A stretch of DNA of 36,436 bases from Acidimicrobiia bacterium (lineage in GTDB: Bacteria; Actinomycetota; Acidimicrobiia; IMCC26256; PALSA-555): NCBI GenBank assembly GCA_022865365.1, contig JALHSW010000101.1, positions 1 through 36,436 of the forward strand. Direction: 5' to 3'. A model generated the notes under the pieces. It did not search any database and was not told the DNA's origin. It worked only from the letters and a program-made list of their open reading frames with translations. Positions 9,366 to 18,070 of this stretch are shown piece by piece. A program made the position numbers and the translations under genes. Within the stretch, counting starts at the first letter, position 1, and each line of letters starts with the position of its first letter.

Positions 9366-10988
9366 ATGCTGCACGAGCTCCACGTCACCGACCTCGGGAT
9401 CGTCGACGACCTGACCGTCCTCGTCGGCCCCGGGCTGACCGCGATCACCGGTGAGACCGGCGCGGGCAAGACGCTGCTCGTCGAAGCGGTCGAGCTGCTG
9501 CTCGGTGGGCGCGCCGACGCGACGCTCGTGCGTCAGGGCGCCGCAGAGGCGCGCGTCGAAGGGCGCTTCGAGGACGCGGGAGGGAACGAGATCGTGCTGG
9601 CCCGGGTCGTCCCGAGTGACGGGCGAAGCCGGGCGTACGTCGATGGTCGTCTGGCGACGGTCGGCGAGCTCGCGGTCGTAGGCGCACGACTCGTGGATCT
9701 CCACGGTCAGCATGCGAGTCAGTCGCTCGTCGCCCCGTCGGTGCAGCGCGCCGCACTCGACCGCTTCGCGGGAGCGGCGGCCCTCGATCCGCTCGCCGAG
9801 CTGCGATCCGCCCGCATCGAGGTCCAAGGACTCGGCGGCGAACTCGCTGCCCTCGGGGGCGACGCAAGGGCGCGCGCACGCGAGATCGACTTGCTCCGCT
9901 TCCAGATCTCGGAGATCGAGGCTGCGGGCATCGAAGACGCGGGGGAGGACGTTGCGCTCGAGGCTGAGGAGGCGCTGCTGGCCGACGCCGTCGCTCATCG
10001 CGACGCGCTGCGCGACGCGTTCGAGGCGATCGAGAGTGACGGCCTCGATGCCGTCGGGACGGCGGTCACGGCGCTCGCCAGCCGTCGACCGTTCGCCAGT
10101 CTCGAGGAACGGCTTCGAGCGGTGCAAGCCGAGCTCGCCGACCTCGAACGTGAGCTACGGCTCATGGCAGAGGACATCGCCGAGGATCCGACGCGCGTGG
10201 AGGAGGTCCGGTCCCGACGGCGACTCCTGCGCGAGCTCGTCCGCAAGTACGGCGAGACCCTGACCGATGTCCTCGCCTTCGCTTCCGAGTCGCGGCGTCG
10301 ACTCGCCGAGCTCGAGAGCTTCGACACTCGCGCCGCTGAGCTCGAGGCCGCCGCGGCCGAGGCCGATACGCGAGCCCGAGCGGCTGCGGCTGCGCTGTCC
10401 GCGGCGCGTCGCGTCGCAGCCCCAGCGCTCGCCGATGCGGTGAGTCGGCATTTCGCCGAGCTCGCGATGCCGGCGGCGCACCTGGAGGTCCAGGTCGAGC
10501 CGGGCCCCGCCACCGACGACGGCGCCGACGAGGTCTTGTACCTGCTCGCGGCGAACCCGGGGGAGCCGGCGCGACCGGTGGCCCGGGCCGCGTCCGGTGG
10601 CGAGCTCGCCCGTGCGATGCTGGCGCTACGCTTGGTGCTCACCGAGGCGCCGCCGACGCTGGTGTTCGACGAGGTCGACGCCGGCATCGGCGGCGAAGCC
10701 GGTACTGCGGTCGGTCGGCACCTCGCCGACCTCGGTGGGCGACACCAGGTCCTGTGCGTGACCCATCTGGCCCAAGTCGCGGCCCACGCCGACGCGCAGC
10801 TGGTCGTCGAGAAGCGCGAGGAGGGCGGGCGAACCGTGGCGACTGCGACACCGGTCGAGGGCGAGACGCGTCTCTCGGAGCTCGCCCGCATGCTCGGCGG
10901 GGTGGACTCCACGACTGCACGCCGTCACGCCGCCGAGCTACGCGAGCATGCCGGCGCTTCGATCGACGCCCGCCGTGTCAGCGGCTGA
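9366..10988 (+). CDS. recN: DNA repair protein RecN
   Basis: Walker A TGETGAGKT, LHGQH, ASGGELAR, FDEVDAGIGG, VTHLAQVAA, ELARML. Confidence 0.97.
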   Translation: MLHELHVTDLGIVDDLTVLVGPGLTAITGETGAGKTLLVEAVELLLGGRADATLVRQGAAEARVEGRFEDAGGNEIVLARVVPSDGRSRAYVDGRLATVGELAVVGARLVDLHGQHASQSLVAPSVQRAALDRFAGAAALDPLAELRSARIEVQGLGGELAALGGDARARAREIDLLRFQISEIEAAGIEDAGEDVALEAEEALLADAVAHRDALRDAFEAIESDGLDAVGTAVTALASRRPFASLEERLRAVQAELADLERELRLMAEDIAEDPTRVEEVRSRRRLLRELVRKYGETLTDVLAFASESRRRLAELESFDTRAAELEAAAAEADTRARAAAAALSAARRVAAPALADAVSRHFAELAMPAAHLEVQVEPGPATDDGADEVLYLLAANPGEPARPVARAASGGELARAMLALRLVLTEAPPTLVFDEVDAGIGGEAGTAVGRHLADLGGRHQVLCVTHLAQVAAHADAQLVVEKREEGGRTVATATPVEGETRLSELARMLGGVDSTTARRHAAELREHAGASIDARRVSG

Positions 10989-12157
10989 TGCGCCTCCTCC
11001 AGCGTCGCCGTCGGGCGACGAGTCCCGCCGAGATCGTCGCGGTCGCGCGTGTGGGCCGTCGCACCAAGGATCTCGTCAAGCGACTCGAGCCCGGCGAGAT
11101 CGCCATCATCGATCACGAGGACCTCGATCGGGTTGCGGCCGACGGCCTCGTGGAGTCCGGCGTCGCCGCCGTCGTCAACGCGGCGGCATCGGTTTCGGGT
11201 CGATATCCCAACCAGGGACCGATCCGGGTCGTGAAGGCCGGGATCGTGCTCGTTGACCGTGCCGGGTCCGACCTGCTGGACCGCGTGCGTGACGGCGAGA
11301 TGCTGCGCATCCTCGGGGGTGAGGTGTGGCGGGGGGACGAGCTCCTCGCCACCGGGCTGCTGCCCGACGCCGACGAGATCGAAACGGCCATGGAGGACGC
11401 GCGGGCGACCATCGGAGCCGAGCTCGAACGATTCGCAGAGAACACCCTCGACTACATGCGGCGCGAGGCGCAGCCGATGTTCGAGCCGATCGTCGTCCCC
11501 CCGCTCGTCACGAAGTTCCAGGGGCGCCATGCGCTCGTCGTCGTGCGGGGGCACGACTACAAGGACGACCTCAGGGCTCTTCGCCCCTACATCCGCCAGT
11601 ACCGACCGGCGCTGATCGGGGTCGACGGCGGCGCCGACGCCCTGCTCGAGAACGGCTTCAAACCCGACGTGATCATCGGCGACTTCGATTCGGTGTCCGA
11701 GCACGCCCTGCACATCGCGCCTGACCTCGTGCACCACGTCCACCCTGACGGTCGGGCACCCGGACGTGAGGCGCTCCTCGAATGGGGAGTCAAGTACCAC
11801 GAGTTCGTCGCCGAGGGAACGAGCGAGGACGTAGCCATGCTGCTCGCGTGGGAGGCGGGCTCGACGTTGATCGTCGCGGTGGGAACCCATGCGACCATGG
11901 TCGAGTTCCTCGACAAGGGTCGGAGCGGTATGGCGTCGACGTTCCTCACCCGCCTGCGCCTCGGTCCGATGCTCGTCGACGCGAAGGGCGTGAGCCAGCT
12001 CTACGAGGGCCGAGTCCGCCGGCTCGACTGGGTGCTCCTCGTAGGCTCGGCGCTCGTGGTGATGATCGTCGTGGCCGTAGTGTCCGAGCCGATCCGTACG
12101 CTCCTCGATGGGTTCCGGTTCGCGTTGCGCGACCTGTGGTTCTCGATCACGCAGTGA
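10988..12157 (+). CDS. steA: SteA-family cytokinetic ring protein (thiamine pyrophosphokinase-like domain)
   Basis: RRTKDLVKRL, IDHEDLDRVAA, SGRYPNQGP, IGVDGGADAL, GDFDS, DKGRSGMASTFLTRL, C-terminal TM; downstream of recN. Confidence 0.9.
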   Translation: MRLLQRRRRATSPAEIVAVARVGRRTKDLVKRLEPGEIAIIDHEDLDRVAADGLVESGVAAVVNAAASVSGRYPNQGPIRVVKAGIVLVDRAGSDLLDRVRDGEMLRILGGEVWRGDELLATGLLPDADEIETAMEDARATIGAELERFAENTLDYMRREAQPMFEPIVVPPLVTKFQGRHALVVVRGHDYKDDLRALRPYIRQYRPALIGVDGGADALLENGFKPDVIIGDFDSVSEHALHIAPDLVHHVHPDGRAPGREALLEWGVKYHEFVAEGTSEDVAMLLAWEAGSTLIVAVGTHATMVEFLDKGRSGMASTFLTRLRLGPMLVDAKGVSQLYEGRVRRLDWVLLVGSALVVMIVVAVVSEPIRTLLDGFRFALRDLWFSITQ

Positions 12158-12167
12158 CTCGCCTCAC

Positions 12168-13106
12168 ATGATCAACTTTCGCTTCCACCTCGTCTCTCTC
12201 GTCGCCGTCTTCCTCGCGCTCGCGGTCGGGGTGGTGATGTGATACGGCATCCTCGGACAGCCCACCGTGTCGGGGCTACAGAGCCGCATCGACACGGTCG
12301 AGGCGAACGCGGAGGTTCGCCGGCAGGAGAACGAGCAGCTCCAGGCCGACCTCGATCGGGCCGACGCCGCGCTCGACGCGAGCTCCCCGTTCTCGGTGAC
12401 CGACCGTCTGACGGACGTGTCGACAGTGGTCGTGGCTGTTCGCGACGTGGGTGACGATGCAGTGCAGCGGGTCGTCGCCCTGGCCCGGCGTGCCGGGTCT
12501 ACCGCTCCGGGCGTCGTGTGGCTCGAGAGCAAGCTGTCGCTGCAGTCCAAAGACGACGCGAAGACGCTCGCGAGCGTGCTCGGCCTCCCGGCGTCGACGA
12601 AGCGAGCCGCGCTGCGGGCTGAGGCCTGGACGACGCTGGCCAGCCGTCTCGCCGTCGGCGCCGGTGGGGCAGAGCCGGATCCCTTCGGCGCGCTCGCCGA
12701 CGCGGGCTTCGTATCAGTCGAGGGCGCGGGTGGAACGGAACCGAGTCTCGCCGACATGGGCGGGAGTGGCACGAGGGTCGTTCTCGCCGTCGGCCAGAGC
12801 GGGGGAGTGCAGGCGGGCCTCGTCGTCGGCAGCTTCGCAACCGCAGCGGTCCAGGCGAGCATTCCGCTCGTCGTGGGCGAGGTGTTCGCCGAGCAGTCCG
12901 GCGGAGGCGAACGCGGCGACGCACTCTCGCCGATCCTCGACGACGACACGCTCGCCGCCAGGGTCACGACGGTCGACGATCTCGAGTGGAGCGCCGGTGG
13001 GGTCGCCGCGATCCTCGGTCTCGCTGATCTCGGACGCGGCGTCGTGGGCCACTACGGCTACGGGAACGGTGCCGACCGGCTGCTCCCGGAGTGGTCTCAG
13101 CCGTGA
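12168..13106 (+). pseudogene. steB: SteB/MctB (DUF3186) family protein interrupted by an in-frame TGA at codon 25
   Basis: MINFRFHLVSLVAVFLALAVGVVM*YGILG... is the family N-terminus; TGA at 12240-12242, frame continues to VTTVDDL...GHYGYG. Could be an intact gene with a base-call error. Confidence 0.75.
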
Positions 13107-14728
13107 CCGCGGCCGACGCCGGCAAGGCTTCGGTCACGCGCGCCGCGGCGCACATGGGCGTCGCGACCGCCGCATCCCGCACCGTCGGGTTCGCTCGCAT
13201 CCTCGTCGTCGCCGGCGTCCTCGGGACCACCTTTCTCGGCAACGCCTACCAGTCGTCGAACGCGGTCTCGAACGTGCTCTTCGAGCTCCTCGCCGCCGGC
13301 GCGCTCTCAGCCGTCCTGGTTCCGACGTTCGTAGCGCACCTCGATCGAGGCGACCAGGCCGAGACCGAACGCCTCGCCGGCCGGGTCCTCGGGATCGCGC
13401 TGGTCGCGCTCGGCGTCGTTGCCGTGGTCGGGATCCTGGCGGCCCCGCTGATCGCCGATGTGCTCACGTCGGGTGTGTCGAATCCCCACATCGCGGCCCA
13501 GCAACGTGACCTGTCGACATTCCTGCTCCGGTTCGTCATCCCCCAGATCCTGCTGTACGCGATCGGAGCAGTCGCGGTCGCGGTGCTGTACGCGAAGCGG
13601 CGTCTCGCGGTCACCGCGATGGCGCCCATCGGGCTCACCGTCGTTGTCGTCGTCGCGATGGGGCTGTTCCGGCTCGTCGCCGGACCCGATCCCGGCCTCG
13701 ACCTGACCCTCGGTGAGCGGCTGATCCTCGCACTCGGCGCGACCTTCGGCGTGATCGCGTTCGTCGCCATCCCGACTGTGGCGCTCTGGCGGACGGGTTT
13801 CCACCTCGTCCCGCGACTCGGGCGCCGCGACGCTGCGGTGGGACACGTGCTCCGGCTCTCGGGCTGGGCGGTGTTCCAGCACTCGATGATCGGGCTGCTG
13901 CTCCTCGCGGCGATCGTCGTGGGGAACACGGTCGAGGGCGGGACCGTCGCGTACCAGGTCGCCTGGGTGTTCTTCCTCGCGCCGTACGCCATCCTCGCCC
14001 AACCGGTCCACACGGCGATCCTGCCGGATCTGTCGCGCCAGGCTGACGATCCCGAGCACTTCACCGTGTCGCTTCGGTGGGCGCTGGACTCGATGGCCGT
14101 GCTGGTGATCCCGGTGTCTGGCGCCCTGGTCGCCCTCGCCCTGCCGATCATGCAGGTCGCCGCGTTCGGGCAGGCGACGAAGGCCGGCGGCGTGGGGCTC
14201 CTCGCCGCCGCGCTCGCGTCGCTGGCGCTCGGCCTCTACACGTACTGTGCGTTCCTGCTGTTCGCGCGCGCCTACTACGCACTGGGTGACAGCCGCACCC
14301 CGGCCGTGGTCGCGCTCGTGTCGGCCGTCGCCGGGATCGCCGTGATGGTGGCCGGCGAGGCGTTCACGTCCGGTCGCCAGACGGTCGCGTTCATCGGCTT
14401 CGGACACTCGGCCGCGTACGCCGTGGGTGCCGTCGTGCTGTGGGTCGGCCTCGCCCGGCGGACCGGCCATCTGATCGTGCCGCGGTCCCTCGGACGCTCC
14501 GTGGTGGTCGCGGTCCCGCTCGCGCTCGGCGCGTGGGTGCTGTTCCAGGTCGTGGATCCGAACGGGCGCGTCGCCACTCTGCTGATGCTCGGCGGCGTCA
14601 CCCTGGTCGGCGGCCTCGCGTACGTGCTCGGGCTCCGAGCCCTCGGCGGCGTGCCGAGCCTGCACCCGGTGCCACCGTCCCGTGCGGCGAACCCGAATCA
14701 GGTCCTGCCGACCGAGGCGTCGCCGTGA
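13103..14728 (+). CDS. murJ: MurJ/MviN-like lipid II flippase paralogue (MOP superfamily)
   Basis: ATAASRTVGFAR, LGNAYQSSNAVSNVLFELLAAGALSAVLVP, RAYYALGDSRTP; about 14 TM segments. Confidence 0.88.
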   Translation: MTAADAGKASVTRAAAHMGVATAASRTVGFARILVVAGVLGTTFLGNAYQSSNAVSNVLFELLAAGALSAVLVPTFVAHLDRGDQAETERLAGRVLGIALVALGVVAVVGILAAPLIADVLTSGVSNPHIAAQQRDLSTFLLRFVIPQILLYAIGAVAVAVLYAKRRLAVTAMAPIGLTVVVVVAMGLFRLVAGPDPGLDLTLGERLILALGATFGVIAFVAIPTVALWRTGFHLVPRLGRRDAAVGHVLRLSGWAVFQHSMIGLLLLAAIVVGNTVEGGTVAYQVAWVFFLAPYAILAQPVHTAILPDLSRQADDPEHFTVSLRWALDSMAVLVIPVSGALVALALPIMQVAAFGQATKAGGVGLLAAALASLALGLYTYCAFLLFARAYYALGDSRTPAVVALVSAVAGIAVMVAGEAFTSGRQTVAFIGFGHSAAYAVGAVVLWVGLARRTGHLIVPRSLGRSVVVAVPLALGAWVLFQVVDPNGRVATLLMLGGVTLVGGLAYVLGLRALGGVPSLHPVPPSRAANPNQVLPTEASP

Positions 14729-14737
14729 GGCCAGACG

Positions 14738-14788
14738 AGCAGGTGGCGGGCAAGCAGGTGGCGGGCAAGCAGGTGGCCGGCAAGCAGG
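14738..14788. repeat. 15-bp tandem repeat, 3.4 copies
   Basis: AGCAGGTGGCGGGCA x2, AGCAGGTGGCCGGCA, AGCAGG. Confidence 0.9.
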
Positions 14789-14810
14789 ACAGGATGAGTG
14801 CGATGTCGAC

Positions 14811-17162
14811 ATGTTGAAGCTCGGCAGGACCGTCGCAGTCGGGATCGCGTCTTCTGTGATCGTGACGGTCCTCCTTGTTGGCAACTTCGCCGCGCCTGCA
14901 CATGCCAGCGACGCACGATCCGTTCGTCGGGTGTTCGTGTTCTCCCTTCCGCACGTCTCGTGGGAAGACCTCGAGAAGTTCTCGGACGAGGTGCCGAACC
15001 TGAACCGGTTCCTGGGACGTGCCGCCATAGCCGGGCTCACGACGCGCGCCGACCAGCGTTCCACGAAGCTGGCCGATGGCTACTTGACACTCGGCACGGG
15101 CACGCGCACCGTCGGTGATCCCGCGACCGACGGAGACGCTCTGGGAGTCGACGAACCCTTCGGCCGCGACTCCGCCGGCCAGGTCTTTCGCCAACGCACT
15201 GGCCGCGAGGTGCGTCACGGAATCGTCGCGCTCGCGATGCCGCGTGTCGTCGAGGCCAACGACGCTCTGCTCTATGACGCAGAGCCGGGCGCGTTGGCAG
15301 TGGCGCTACGCGACGCGGGCATCGATCGAGCCGTGGTCGCGAACGCCGACGGACGCCAGCCCGACTCGCCGCCGAGTCCGAGTGTCTCGAGCTTGCGCCG
15401 ACAGGCTGCGCTCGCACTCGTCGACCCGCGGGGACGGGTTCCCGCAGGTCGCGTCGACGAGTCGATCCTCGAAGCCGACCCGACGGCCCCCTACGGGCTG
15501 CGCCTCGACGCAGACGCGACGGTCGGGGCGTTCCGGCGTGAGTGGCATGACCGGACCGTCGTGCTCGTCGAAGGGTCTGACCTCGTACGAGCCGACGCGT
15601 ATCGGCCGTTCTCGACACCGATTCACCGTGACATCCAGCTCCGCCAGGCCCTGCGATCGACCGACAGGCTCTTCGGGCGGCTCCTGCGTGAGGTCGACAC
15701 CGTGCGCGACGCTGTCCTCGTGGTCGGACCGACACATCCGACCCGTGCCATCTCGCTGACGGTGCTCGGCCTGCAGGGCCCGGGGATCCAGCCTGGCCTC
15801 TTGCGGTCGGGGACCACGCGGCGGTCCGGCTTCGTACAGCTGATCGACGTCGCGCCCACGATCCTCGACCTGCTCGACGTGCCCCGCCCGACGTCGATGG
15901 AGGGGCGCCCGGCCGAGGTCGGGGCAACCGGAGGATCGCCGGCGGAACGGCGCGATCTGATCGTCCACGCCGACGGAGCCGCCCAGTTCAGGGACAGGAT
16001 CGTCGGCCCGGTGCAGGTCGCGTTCGTCGTCCTCGCGGGAATGCTCGTCGCAGGGGCCATCCTCGTACTCGGGCGCCCGCGTCCCCGGCGGTGGCGAGTG
16101 TGGCTCGGGACCTTCGGGCTCTGCGTCCTCGGCTTCACTCCCGCGGTGTTCCTCGCGCGCCTTGTTCCGCTCCATGAGGTCGGTGTGGTCGCGTACTGGA
16201 CGTTCCTGGTGGTGGTGGCGGCAGCGCTGGGCACGATCTACCGCCGCATCGGCCGACACCGACCACTCGACGGTCTCCTCGCGGCATTCCTCGTCCCCGT
16301 CGGGTTGCTGCTGGTCGATGTGCTCATCGGAACGCCGCTCCAGTTCAACAGCGCGCTGGGGTACTCACCGACGGTCGCGGGGCGTTTCACGGGGTTCAGC
16401 AACCCGGCGTACGCGATCGTCGCGGCGAGCGCGGTCCTGGCGGCGCCGCTGATCGCACGGCGGATCGGCGGGCGGCGCGGCGCGTGGATCAGCGTGGCCT
16501 TCCTCGGCATGGTCATCGTCGTCGACGGGGTGCCGTTCTGGGGCGCCGACGTCGGGGGCATCCTGTCGATGGTGCCGGCGTTCGCCGTGACCTCACTGCT
16601 GCTCCTCGGGTGGCGGGTGCGCTGGAAGACGGTGGCATGGTCCGTGGTCGGGCTCGTCGTCGCGGTGGCAGGCTTCACCGCGCTCGACATGGCGCGCCCA
16701 CCCGAGCGCCGCACCCACCTGGGACGGCTCGTCGAACGAGTCAACGATCGTGGCATCGGCGACCTCGTGGTCGTGCTGCAGCGCAAGCTCGGCGACAACC
16801 TCGGTTCGCTGAGAACCTCCATCTGGGGTCTCGTGCTGCCGATCACGCTGGTACTGGTCTACTGGTTGATCAAGCGGGCGCCGGCCCGCCTCCGTGCCGT
16901 CGACGCCGCGGTGCCCGAGGGCCGCATCGGAGGGATCGGGCTGGCCATCGTTGCGGTGCTCGGCTACGCGCTGAACGATTCAGGTGTCGCGATCCCTGGC
17001 GTGATGCTCGTCATCGCGATCGCCGCGTTCGTGTGGCTCCTGGTTCGCTTCGAACCCGGCGACCGGCCTGATGACGGCGAGCGACCTGACGAGGATCAGG
17101 ACGCCCTGCGCGCCGAGCCGCCCGCCGTCGAGTCGGTCACGACCGCGGCCGCCCGGTCGTGA
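14811..17162 (+). CDS. Large membrane protein: signal/TM, extracytoplasmic alkaline-phosphatase-like domain, C-terminal multi-TM domain
   Basis: N-terminal hydrophobic helix; QLIDVAPTILDLL resembles the ALP/sulfatase C-terminal motif; about 10 TMs with polar loops RFTGFSN, GADVGG, THLGR, LNDSG. Confidence 0.72.
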   Translation: MLKLGRTVAVGIASSVIVTVLLVGNFAAPAHASDARSVRRVFVFSLPHVSWEDLEKFSDEVPNLNRFLGRAAIAGLTTRADQRSTKLADGYLTLGTGTRTVGDPATDGDALGVDEPFGRDSAGQVFRQRTGREVRHGIVALAMPRVVEANDALLYDAEPGALAVALRDAGIDRAVVANADGRQPDSPPSPSVSSLRRQAALALVDPRGRVPAGRVDESILEADPTAPYGLRLDADATVGAFRREWHDRTVVLVEGSDLVRADAYRPFSTPIHRDIQLRQALRSTDRLFGRLLREVDTVRDAVLVVGPTHPTRAISLTVLGLQGPGIQPGLLRSGTTRRSGFVQLIDVAPTILDLLDVPRPTSMEGRPAEVGATGGSPAERRDLIVHADGAAQFRDRIVGPVQVAFVVLAGMLVAGAILVLGRPRPRRWRVWLGTFGLCVLGFTPAVFLARLVPLHEVGVVAYWTFLVVVAAALGTIYRRIGRHRPLDGLLAAFLVPVGLLLVDVLIGTPLQFNSALGYSPTVAGRFTGFSNPAYAIVAASAVLAAPLIARRIGGRRGAWISVAFLGMVIVVDGVPFWGADVGGILSMVPAFAVTSLLLLGWRVRWKTVAWSVVGLVVAVAGFTALDMARPPERRTHLGRLVERVNDRGIGDLVVVLQRKLGDNLGSLRTSIWGLVLPITLVLVYWLIKRAPARLRAVDAAVPEGRIGGIGLAIVAVLGYALNDSGVAIPGVMLVIAIAAFVWLLVRFEPGDRPDDGERPDEDQDALRAEPPAVESVTTAAARS

Positions 17163-18070
17163 CCGTCGTCCTCGGCCTTGTGGTCGGGGCGCTCACGGTG
17201 CTCCTGCTGCGGTTGGGCGCTCGGGGGATGCTGCGAGCGCCGGCGCTCACCCGCCCGAACTACCGCAACCACCTCTTGCCGACCGGTGGGGGCGTGCTCA
17301 TCGTGATGGCGGTCCTGGTCATCGAGGCGAGCCGAGCCGTGCTCGGCGCGATGGGTATCGGTGACGAACCCGGCCTCACCGTCCAGCGCAGCGAGGTCCT
17401 GTTCGCGGTGGTCGCGTTCGGCCTCCTCGGACTCGTCGATGATCTGCTCGGCGACGGATCCACCCGGGGGTTCAGGGGCCACGTCCGGGCCCTCCTTCAC
17501 GGCGAGATCACCACCGGGTTCCTGAAGCTCTTCGGTGGAGCCGCCGTCGCCATCGTGCTCGTCGCCACCCCCGGCTTCGCGACCGGACGCCGGCTGATCA
17601 TCGATGCGGTGCTCATCGCGCTTGCTGCGAACCTCGGGAACCTGCTCGACCGCGCACCCGGGCGCACGATCAAGGCGGCGATGATCGCCTACGTCCCGCT
17701 CGCGATCGTGCTGGGTGATGGCGCGGTCGGCGTGGCGGTCGCACCGGCGATGGGGGCGGCCTTCGGGCTCCTCCCGGCGGATCTGCGCGAAGAGCTCATG
17801 CTCGGCGACGCGGGCGCGAACGTGATCGGTGCGGTCCTCGGGCTCGGCGTCGTGCTCGGTCGAGGCGAGGTGACCCGCACCACTGCGCTGATCCTGCTCG
17901 TCGGCGCGAACGTCGCGGCCGAAGTGGTGTCGTTCAGCTCGATCATCGATCGGGTCCCGCCCTTGCGGTGGCTCGACCGCCTCGGCCAACGGCCTGAGCG
18001 GCGCAACGGCCCCGAGAGCCGGGGTGAGGGTGAGCAGCCGGATCAGGGGGAGCAGTCGGAGCGCGCGTAG
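17159..18070 (+). CDS. MraY/WecA-like polyprenyl-phosphate sugar-1-phosphate transferase (PNPT superfamily)
   Basis: GLVDDLLG, NLGNLLDRAPG, MLGDAGAN correspond to the DD, NxxNxxD and MGDxG motifs; multi-TM. Confidence 0.82.
   Translation: MTVVLGLVVGALTVLLLRLGARGMLRAPALTRPNYRNHLLPTGGGVLIVMAVLVIEASRAVLGAMGIGDEPGLTVQRSEVLFAVVAFGLLGLVDDLLGDGSTRGFRGHVRALLHGEITTGFLKLFGGAAVAIVLVATPGFATGRRLIIDAVLIALAANLGNLLDRAPGRTIKAAMIAYVPLAIVLGDGAVGVAVAPAMGAAFGLLPADLREELMLGDAGANVIGAVLGLGVVLGRGEVTRTTALILLVGANVAAEVVSFSSIIDRVPPLRWLDRLGQRPERRNGPESRGEGEQPDQGEQSERA

Noticed and set aside
12240-12280. Selenocysteine or genetic-code reassignment of the steB TGA
   Set aside because: The position is a Gly in a TM helix, there is no convincing SECIS hairpin, and TGA is the normal stop for most genes here
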